DNA of 64,000 nt from Penicillus capitatus (Eukaryota > Plantae > Chlorophyta), in contig OZ287694.1 of NCBI GenBank assembly GCA_965649825.1, positions 1,949,292 to 2,013,291 of the forward strand. The letters are read 5' to 3'. The position numbers and the translations under genes were made by a program. Below, piece after piece: positions 11,145-21,383 of this stretch. A model generated the notes under the pieces. That model was given only the letters and a program-made list of their open reading frames with translations. It had not been told where the DNA came from and made no database searches. Position 1 is the stretch's first letter; the number at the start of each line of letters is the position of its first letter.

Positions 11145-14100
11145 TGTATCTCCTCGTCTGGGACGCTGTTGTAGAAGAAAATTTTCAAACACGAAGAAAG
11201 ATGAACGTGTACTTGTCGATGCGCCGACTCGCGACTCTATGATGATCATTCATTCGCCATCATTTCATGTGTACCGTGAAATGTCAATCAGCATCACTCT
11301 TGCTTGTCACTCATTTCTTGCTAGGCCGGCGGGGTTTCCCCGTGTTTGAATCTATACACATATGACACAGCTGAACACTGGTGCAGTCTTATTCCATTCA
11401 TCCTTTTTAGATGACGATATCTGTTTCCCATTGTCGACATGCAACGAGTAGCGTTTTGACGCTCATCAGCATTTAACATCAAAAACAGTGTTTGATATCT
11501 GTACACAGCACTGAATACTGCGAGCTTAAAAAGGAAGCTTCTCGCTAGGTCGCCAAAGAATCCCTCCCTTCGTTGCACAACGGCAGGAAACGTCCATTCC
11601 AGAACCACAGCCTCGTTCCGCCTGCCCTGTGAATCACGGTGGTTTAGATTCAGAGCTTCGATCGCCATAACGTCCGTACATAGTTGTCTTTCGATGCTGC
11701 CCCGGAGGATCGATATGACGATAATGCGTTCCATCACGCCCGTGCTCTCTCAGACAGTCGCGATAAGGTAAGGAAGATCTGTCAGATGTCTTCAAATGTT
11801 AACGTCGTTGACACTGTCTCCAAGCTGATGTGTTCTCTCAGCTCCTCCTCTATTGGTCGTTCGACGGCACAAGGCGTGTGACATGACAGTCGGGATCAGC
11901 ATGAAGGCTTCAGTTCTTGAATCAGCTTCATGATCTAGAACCGCAACTCAAGAAGGAGTCATGACTTACGGCTTTCCTAAGCGAGACAGGACACCTGATG
12001 TCATGTTGTTTGATGAGCTGGCTTATTGTGGAGAATCGCTCCTGTCTTCTCGGAGTTTCATCTGCTATGAGTGCACCTGCCTCTCCAGAATGGACGCGTC
12101 CAAGCAGCGAGGTGTTGTCACGGCGTGCGATAAAATGCTCTGTGTCCTTTTATAACCTAGGGACGTCCGAGCTGTTCGTGCTGTCCTTGCAGTAAGTAGC
12201 CATCGTCATCTGCTTTCCTGGTGCACGGAATGCGAAGTCCAGTGCGGACAAGCAGTGTATTGCCGGGAGGTGGAGGAATCTTTCAAAGCCATAACTCCTT
12301 CTCCACGCAAGGCGTGTCGCGAGGAGAACCGCAGGTGTCTGTGACAGCGGCAACAAGAACGTCCTTTCAAAGCGGTCGTTGAAGTTCCAGTTCGTTCTGG
12401 GTCTGTACGTGCCATCGAATTCCGATGACCATTGGACCCAGATAGACTGCGTTTAGGAGACGTCGACACTGTTCTCCGTCGTTCTTTTCTCTTTTCCTGT
12501 TCGTCGCTGGTGTTTCTTGCTCTCTGGCCGTCGACTTCGAGGCCAGGATTATGTCCCAGTCGCAGAATGGACGTAATTGCCACGTCTCCCTTCATTAAGG
12601 TGTCCGAGAATGGGAGTTTTAAGTAGTGGTGCTTTGCTACTGTGATTCGCAGCGTCTGCATCAATTGGCGTCGGACGAGAAGTCAAAGTTCGTGTCCGTG
12701 CACTCTTCGACGGCTCACGAGCATCTCTCTACTGACCGCTGTCCGACATCCTTCGCCGAAGTCACGAAGGAGGTGCGGTTTTCTTCTGGGAGAATCTGCT
12801 TCATGAACTTAATACGACACAGTTGAACGGAGTGCGCTTGACGGCGTCGCTGTTCGGACTGTCGGATGCGAAACAGGAGAACCTGGTGCAGTCAAGCGTC
12901 ACTCTCAGCATGACTTTCCACAGAGAGTGCCCCGATCTTGATCTCTGCCCACCGTCTGATTGTCTGGGTCGTGTCTGGTCTGCGATGGAACGAAGCTTGG
13001 CAGGAGCACGACTGTCAAGAGAAGCTTCGTTGGACCGAATTGCAGGTGGGTGCCTTCAAAACCGACGAAATCCAGCAGAGCAATCTGATGATGCCATTGC
13101 TGTTTCAGTATCGGCTTTGGATGCAAGATCACCAACTCTGTGCTTATGGATGGCGTCGTCGTTGGAGAGCAATGCCACACCCACTACTCAATGATGGGTT
13201 CGGGAGCAGTTATCGGTCCTTCGTTGCAGATGGAGGACTCCTCTGTACGCGCCTTCGCGTTCAACGCTGCATCCTGTCTTGATCGACGTCATCCTGCAGG
13301 TGGGTCCGGTCGTGGTGAGTCCGCGGGATTCTGATTTGAACGAAGAACGCCTCCCGGTGGACTAGAGATCCAGCCAGGCTTCGTTAAGTGTGTGCCGCTG
13401 CCATGGACGCTCCAATGGCAGAAAACAAACAGTCTACTTTAAATGACTGTGTGCTCTATTCCCACCGATGCTGGCACGGGTGCAGACTGGAAGGCGAACA
13501 TCTCAGAGCAGCAAGTGCTTCATAACCTGTTCTCGAGCACTGCCAAAGAGTAACGCTATGCGCTGACATCAGAAATGCTAGTGCAATGCGCATGGCGCTG
13601 GACAATCATCCCGTCCGTTCAACACACTCCAAGATCGCGGATGCCTCTCTCAGGAATCCCGGAGATGCACACTGCGACACCAGTCCAGGATGCCGCTTTC
13701 CTGACGGCCTTCACAGTGGGAATACTCACCTTCTCGGCAGACAAATGTTTGGACGAATCCAACAGTAAATTGTCGAGGATGCCTGCAGGGGGTGGTTCAG
13801 TACCGATGGCAAGCATTCGAGCTTCAGTTTGCCCCAGAACGGTGAAGTTCTTCGTTTTCTCGTTGCCCAATGCCTGCATGAAGCACACTCACTGAGGGAA
13901 CAGAACAGTGCAGGATCACTGGACATCTGCCAGACAGATTCCGTTATACCGAACCTGCCGATTCATTATTCGCTGCATCTGTGATTATCTGATGTGACTG
14001 ATGGTCTTCTGGACAATCCATCTTCAGTGACGCGACACTGTCGTGTAATTTCAAATAGCAACATTGAAGCTAAATTGCATTTCAAGCGTGCGATTCGTCA

Positions 14101-14497
14101 TTTCCGCTGCGAACTTTACTGTGAACGTTTCGCAACGCTGAGAACGGTAAGCTTCTTCTGCGCATGCTGTCTGCTTGACGTCAAGGTTTTCGTTTGCACA
14201 GGCTGACAAAGCATGCAACCTCAAACTTCTGTCCAAGGACCAACGGCTGGGAGATCGTCCGCATCGGGAAATGGCGGTCAACTCCGTCAGAGCGACTCGG
14301 ACGTCGAAGAACTGGACAATCCGAAGATCCTCCGCGCCGTCGCCAAAAAACACGGCAAAGAGAGCACGCAGTCTCTGGTGGCGGCGTATAACGCCACGAC
14401 GGCTAAGGACGAGCGTGGCGTCCTCCTTCACTGGCTGCGGCAATACAACAGGCGAAATCAAGACTGCTCGAGACCCGAGGCGGTTCTCGAGTACGCG

Positions 14498-14563
14498 GAA
14501 CTGGCAAAGATAGTTCCCCGCACAGGCCAAGAACTGGCAAAGATAGTTCCCCGCACAGGCCAA
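14498..14563 (+). repeat. Perfect 33-bp tandem duplication (ELAKIVPRTGQ x2)
   Basis: GAACTGGCAAAGATAGTTCCCCGCACAGGCCAA twice, ending 13 bp before the LTR element. The paralogs have one copy. Confidence 0.95.
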
Positions 14564-14576
14564 GAAGAACGTCTTC

Positions 14577-15631
14577 TGACGGGTGTACTCGAACGGTTCT
14601 GGCCCCGCGGACCGGACACGCTGTCCGCTTCCTGATATGACAGCGGTCCGCAGGCGCCGAGGGTACTTAAGTGACTGGACTCACCATGTAATCAGTCTCT
14701 GCATTGACTCCTTACCGTTTCTCCGCATTCGCACACGCGTTGGCGCGTTCGCGTCGCGCCAGTGTCCGGCGTATCCCCGACAGACTGGTGGACCTCCGGG
14801 GCAGTGGCGCCCTCAATGCCACACGTGGAGGGGCAAGGTGCTGCCGTCAGTGGGTACCCGACCGCGAAGATTCCGACCCCGTCAAGCGACCTGTGGAAGA
14901 CGCTGCTGAGTCCGCAGCCGGAGAGACGACGCTCTCCACGAAGCCGGCCGACCGAAGACCGACGGCATGATGTCCGTCCCGTTCAGGGCTGATGTGCGCG
15001 GCCATCGGCACGGAGGGGCCTCGACGAGCAGGCGGGGTGGCGCGCGCAGCGCGAGCCGATGAGGCTGTGGCGTCGCTGCTGCTGCCCGTAGACATCCCCC
15101 TGTGGGCCCGTCAGACCGACCGGTGTGCGCTCGCACCCGGGTTTTCCTTCGCGCCTGTTTCCGTGGGATTTCACTGTGTTGCGTCCTCCGTCCGCGCAGG
15201 GCAGTCGCAGACCGTAGTCGCGCTGTCGGTGCCCACGATAACGATGTGACAGGAGCATCGTGCGCGACGGAGCGACTATTTCATTCTTTGTAATTTTACA
15301 TTTGATTGTTTGCGTCGTTTTCTCTGAGTGTCTGTGGTGACGCGACGTTTCTTTCCGCGTCTTTGGTCGTTCGCTCCCCGTTGGAGCGGTTGGCGCGAGG
15401 ACGTTATGTCAACCGCTGGGGGGTCCTGACGGGTAGAGGACAACGGTTGCGGCCCTGCGGACCGGACACGCTGTCCGCTTCCTGATATGACAGCGGTCCG
15501 CAGGCGCCGAGGGTACTTAAGTGACTGGACTCACCATGTAATCAGTTTCTGCATTGACTCCTTACCGTTTCTCCGCATTCGCACACGCGTTGGCGCGTTC
15601 GCGTCGCGCCAGTGTCCGGCGTATCCCGACA
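14577..15631 (+). mobile_element. Miniature non-autonomous LTR retroelement (TRIM-like)
   Basis: Direct repeats 14577-14782 and 15427-15631, each TGACGGG...CCCGACA (TG..CA ends, imperfect inverted termini). PBS-like TGGTGGACCTCCGGGG at 14786; CTGGGGGG PPT-like tract just before the 3' repeat; ~640-bp interior with no recognisable pol. No target-site duplication visible. Confidence 0.75.
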
Positions 15632-18620
15632 ATGGTTCTAGCCATGGACCTCGTGTCCAGTCTATCTTGCATGCCGAGGCTCACGAAGAAAAACTTCTCC
15701 GAGCATGAAGCCACTTTCTTAGCTCTCCACCAGACGTTATTCATTTTGCACACTATGGGCCCTGGCAGCCTGATCGAAGGAGAGAAGAAAGATCTTCGCC
15801 GAGCAGTAGCGAAGAAGAAGGAAGAAATGACGCACTCCATTGCGCATTACCCAGTACGCTTTAGCTTCCAGCTCATTCAGCAGGCCGTCGAGGGTCTGGA
15901 AATCGAAGACGCTCCGTCGCGCCTCACGAAAGCAAAAAGATACACCGCAACCGGATTATACGGCGGAATGCACGTCTTCCATTTCTTGAGGGTGCTGGTA
16001 GGCGGCGATATCGATCCCGCGGCAATTGAAGATGCGTATAGAAAGAGCCAAGAGGCCATTGCCAGTGCTGGAGTATCGGAGAGACAGTGGTACGACTTGC
16101 TCGAGATTCTGACGGCGGCAAGGCTCTGTGCGCTCAAGACAGAGGCAAAGATCGAACTGTTCATAAAATCGTTCGAGGTCGTGGTGGAAGGCGAAAGCAA
16201 AACGAGACAAAAGGAAGAGCAGAAAGCCTTGAGATACGGCATCATCCAAGAAGTGCAGATACTAGCAAGTCAAGGGTTCTCCGACGACGTCCGCAAAGAA
16301 GCGACGACAAAACTGATAGATCTGGCGACGAACTATGCAGTTGTGGAAGGGTGGATAGACGATGCAGATCTCCTCAATGCTACCTTCAATGCCGTGCACG
16401 AGATCCACGTGCTAGGGGAGTATGAACCAAGAACGGCAGAAGCGCTACGAGAGATGGTTCGGGGTTTGCCAAGATCGCTCCGACGAAACACTGGCGGAAT
16501 GGTTGGGTGGAAGAAACCTTGAAGACAAGCTTCAAATGAAACTCCAAGGGGAGACAGACACAGAGCGCGAAGAATTGTTTGTTAGTATTGGCAGCAATGT
16601 TGGATACCTTCCCCCTGCCAAGATCCGCGTCAATGTGGAAGATCTTAAGAACAAATACTTGCACGACGACTTCGCGAAAGTGAGTGTTTCTTCGACATCG
16701 CGTGATCGAAAGAGAACCTTGTTCGCCTTGAAGGTACCTTCTTTGTTCGAACCAGAAACCGGTAAGCACGTAAAGGATATGGAACATCATGTCGTCATCT
16801 ACGAAGAAATCATCGAAGAAAGAAAAACCAAAGGAAGAGAGGAATCGGACGATGAGAGACAAGGCGAAGAAATGGATGTAGATGGATCCCCGAGCCAAGA
16901 AAAAGACCATCCAAAAGAACACTATGAACAAAGGAATAAAGTCACGACAACCGTTTCTATAGAAGACTTGTTCAAACCAAGATCTCTCGAAGCGGGCATC
17001 TCGAAGAGTGAAATCCGAAAAGTGCTTCTCTACGGTAATCCCGGCACTGGGAAGACCTGCATCAGCAAAGCCATTGCACACAAATGGGCACTGGGAGAGA
17101 TGCTGCAAGAGTTCAAAGCAGTTTACGTGGTTCCGATAAGAAGTCTGAACCTTGCAAAAGTCAAGGGAGTACGAGGAGAGGCGCTTGAAGAAGTAATCGC
17201 ACAGATGTGTTTCAAACAAAAGGGAAGCGATGCCGAATTTGAAGAACTGAAGACTCAAGTCAACGACGATCTCGACGTGTCGACCACGCTGTTAGTGTTT
17301 GACGGATTAGACGAGGCAGACGACGATGCGATAGAGCTCCTGTCCGAGGCGGAGAAGAGTCAATGCAAAATCCTAATACTAACACGACCTTACAATCTGC
17401 GAGACATACAAAGAAGAGTGGACTGCCAGTTCGAGTGCCTTGGTTTTAGCGACCGCCAGCTAGAGAACTTCATAAACAAAGAATTGGACGCAGAAAAGGC
17501 AGAAAAGGCTTCGAGACTCTTACAAGTCTTGCAAGAAACCCCGGCAATGTGGGAGGTGGCCCACATTCCGTTGACAGCGCACATTCTCTGTTGTTTGTCG
17601 AAAGGACGTGGTACCATTATTCAAGAAAAAGCGAAGAGAGCAAGCATGTACAAGATTTACGATGACATGATAAGTTTCGTTTGGAAGAGATTCGAAGAGA
17701 AACCTGAAGCGAGAGCGGCAAACAAAGTAGCGATCTTTCAAGATCTGGAAAAGATCGCCTTCGAATCCCTCCGAAGTGGTCAAATACTAATCGAACAACA
17801 AATCGTTGAGAACTGCGCAAGTTCCACATATGCATCAAGGACCTTCAAAGAAAGCGGTTTCCTTCTGCTCGTGTTGGAAGGCCAGGAGTACCAATTTCCT
17901 CACTTGACGTTTCAAGAATATTTCGCCGGAAGACACATCGCGAGAAGCTTGAAGCAAAAGGGATCTGACGAGGAGGAGAGGGTGCTCGATTATATTTGTG
18001 AAGGAAAGTATAACGAAAAGCACGCCTTGACATTGTCCTTCGCGATGCACGCATTTGCGAGAGGCCGAAGCAAAAATGCCTTGAAAGAAATGCTTTCGAT
18101 CGTCGATCAACAACCTGTCGAAGTTCTAGGAATTCGACACTTCTTCTTAAGAATGCAAGTCCTCGAAGCAGTAATGGAAGAGGCGGAAGATGCCGAACTG
18201 GAAGCTCTCGCAAATGACGAACGAGCAATTGAACTCACAGAGGGTGCCCGTCGACTCTTAGAAGGAACGCTTGACAACGAATTCATCTGCGAAATCGTAG
18301 TCGAGAAGCTCAATCAGTGCGTCCACGTTTTAGATCGATTTCCAAAGATACTCGATGACACCGTTAATGAGACGAAGACACTATTGGCACCTTCACGAGA
18401 CATTTCATGGAAAGAAAGGGACAAACTCAATGTTGTGCTCCAGCTTGCAAAGCATTCTCCGAAGCACATTGGAGAAATAAGATTGGTCCTGCGACAAAAT
18501 ACCAAAGTCGAAGCTTGGCGACGCTCGCGCGATGGCTTGGCGAAGTTGCAAGACATTGTAAAGAGAATACCGCAAGTCATGGGAGACCTGTTGCCAATGC
18601 TACAGATCGGGTGCAGTCAT

Positions 18621-18842
18621 GAAGAGGTCGACGTGCGCCAGAGTGCGATGGAAGCCATCGGCAACATCGTTGAGGCGGCACCGCATCTCTCGGGCGACCT
18701 GCTGCCGATACTGCAGCAGAGGTGCGACAACGAAGATGTCGACGTGCGCAAAAATGCGATAGAAGCCATCGGCAACATCGTTGAGGCGGCACCGCATTTC
18801 TCGGGCGACCTGCTGCCGATACTGCAGCAGAGGTGCGACAAC
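18621..18842 (+). repeat. HEAT-like coding array of NLR copy 1, 2 x 111 bp
   Basis: Units start at 18621 and 18732, with the cap at 18843: E(E/D)VDVRxxA(M/I)EAIGNIVEAAPHxSGDLLPILQQRCDN. Confidence 0.92.
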
Positions 18843-19269
18843 GAAGATGTCGACGTACACGAGGCAGCTAAGATAACGTTACACGGCATTAAATTTGACA
18901 AAAATACGCTTTCAGCTGTCCTTCATACTATTGCCTATGAAAGGGGCTTTTTGATACTCTTTGTGAGGAATGCATTTACACTCGATTGTTCTTCTGAGCC
19001 TGAAAATGTTTCTCTTATCTTACATGCAAGTTCTTCCGAAAAAATCGGACAGTGGAAGAAGGAAGATCTTGACAGATTTGTCAGACATTTGAAAGAAGAT
19101 TTCGACGAGAGCTTTCCAGGACTGTCAGGGTATCTGAAAACATAATACCTACGTAAACGAATGCATTGTGTTGAGATTTGCCGAGATCTAGCAATTCATC
19201 TGAAATCACGTTTATCAAACTGTTGCGTCATATGTGAGACCTTGCTTTATTATTGCAGCGATCTTTCTT

Positions 19270-20050
19270 CTGCAGTAGCCTTTTGAAGAAACTGAGCTTT
19301 CATTTTAGTCACCTTGCGTTCCATGGACTCAAATCAATAGTGGATGGCTTGTTTGGTGTGTCGCATCATGGGTTTGATTTGCCCGAACAGAACCAACCGT
19401 TCCTTTGCTCTGAAGTATCCGTCCTTGTCCACGCTAGGTGCCGCAGTTAGCAAAGCCACTTGTCATTAAGAACTCTTACTAAAAATCTCGCGGAATCATC
19501 TCCACACTCATCGAGGTTTCAGGAAGAGCATGCTCTGATGCAAGAAGAGTTTGTTGCGCATGGACGCTCCTTTATCCTTTTGAGTTGACGGCGGGTATTG
19601 GCGCTTAGCGTAGCCGGTATAGAACCTCATGTCTACTAAAGGCACCTATCTCGATTAAGATCGTCATTGTGATGAGATTCTTCGCGTGTTTCGCAGGAGT
19701 CGAGTCGAACAATGTTTTGTGTGAGTGCATTTCTGTGTAAGAGCATCCATTCGTTAGCATCGATCGCATGACTTCAGGAAACCTGCCGTCGTTCGATATT
19801 CTTAAACCCTGAATGGTTATTTCTCTGTCGGCAAGCCATAGTTAGAGGCTTCTGGACAGATTCCTGAATGCTACGCGATCTCGTCATTCGAGAAAAACAG
19901 CTCTGCAACAGGACGCACTTCTCCTCTGACGTTCAATGAACTTTCGCAGACAACGAGGTGTGCCGGTCGTCTTGTGGTGCTCAGTAACAATAGGCGATTC
20001 TTCGAATCGTGCAAGAGCATCACGTTCTGCATCTGCGTCTTTGTTCGTGT
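19270..20050 (-). pseudogene. Degenerate coding remnant (MATH-like), duplicated at 38510-39280
   Basis: Clear DNA similarity to 38510-39280 (ACTGAGCTTTCATT..AGTCA, CTCAAATCAATAGTG, GTGTCG.ATCATGGGTTTGAT). Minus-strand peptides QMQNVMLLH and VDKDGYFRAKERLVLFGQIKPMMRH are interrupted by stops. The duplication is certain; the MATH identity is tentative. Confidence 0.4.
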
Positions 20051-21383
20051 GCCCTGCACAGAGCGGATGTAGCCGAGTGACACCTCGCATCGAGTGAGTG
20101 ACAGGTCGTATCTCTCCCCGCGCTCGTAAGCACCTTGCGATGTCTTTGACATACGCACCGCTGCATTGAATGGCGGCGATGCATCAGCGAGACCAGATGC
20201 GCGACGGGTACGAAAAACACTCGAGCGTCTGCAAACGCCACCCGTATTTCGTTCGCCGGTTAAGACTTTGTTCTTCTATACCGCTAGCTGACAGACCGTG
20301 GAATACGAAACAGAAACATCCAAGGAACTTGTAGCTCAAGTCTTGCTCTCGCGTCAATGACCTCTTCTCTAAGAACCGCTCTAGTCTGCCTTCGTGCGCT
20401 TAGTTAGTGGAATGGCTTTTCCTGTGCGCTCGTGATCATCGCTCAGCGCAACTCAAGTCGCATCAGCCGTCTATTCACGTGACCGACATCCTGCAACGTC
20501 TGATGCAAATAAACGATGATCATTATCTCCACCGATAGTTTCCGTCGTACTCGTCTCTGTTCTTCTCCGTATATCCTTCACACTGTATTCACAACACTGT
20601 AGAGTCCAGGCTTCGATAGCAGGAACGTTACACTCCACACCAAACCTCTGTCGTCTTTTCTCTTTACCCGACCTTGTCAATCTGGCGCAATGCATCGCAC
20701 TGTATAGCACGGCCTAGGAACAGACCACTAGAAAGCAGGAGGGTAGCCAAAGAGATCCAAGGCGAATAACAGGTTACTTGTCGACAAAGTGTTCTCAGAA
20801 TCTACATTTTCCCGCAGAGACGATCCGCGGTCCAATTAAGTGATCAGCTCAAAGGCAGTGATGCTGCCGATCAGCACGCTTAGGAGACACCAAGACTGAA
20901 CTGGCTTGCCGAGAGCGTCGATAATAGAACAGTATAAGCTGACCAAATGTCTTTAAAGCAAAAAGCGTCACGACACACTCAAGTCCCCAACACGACGAGG
21001 ATGACGCCTGCGTCAAGGTACCAGTCGACAGTCGAGAAGACGAGCGACGCCCATCACGTCCGAGGTCGCCTTGACGCTACGGCGAAATAAAGCGAGAATC
21101 TCCATGGATCACCTCACGTGCCGCTCTCGACAGCTGCCTAGGTGATGAGGAATGGCGAGGACGATAATGGCCTTGAATACGTGGCCTGGACGAAGTGAAA
21201 GGACTGCTGCCCGTATCGTCGAACACGTCTGAGACTGAGAGGCAGAAGCTGATGACATGACGTGTCCATGCACACGATTGGTTCTCCGTTTTCTTGCGCA
21301 CTAGGCTCAGACTGCACTGTCACATTGGCCCTGTCACCCTAAGCGAGCGTGTCGACGCCGTACCCACGACCTCGTTCACTAAA

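Larger units (their letters stand above)
14213..19145 (+). pseudogene. NLR-like gene copy 1: helical N-domain + NACHT + 2 HEAT-like repeats, disrupted
   Basis: ATG 14213 aligns with the starts of copies 2 and 3. Walker A GNPGTGKT (17034), Walker B LLVFDGLDE, AHIPLTAHILC, YQFPHLTFQEYFAG. Interrupted by an LTR element (14577-15631) with ~45 codons lost, and by a +1 frameshift at the G4 run 16461-16464. In-frame 54-nt intron at 16680-16733. Confidence 0.85.

Noticed and set aside
12600-13280. Additional MATH-like remnant (SYRSFVADGGLLCTRLRV)
   Set aside because: Only one short motif in fragmented frames, too weak to call.
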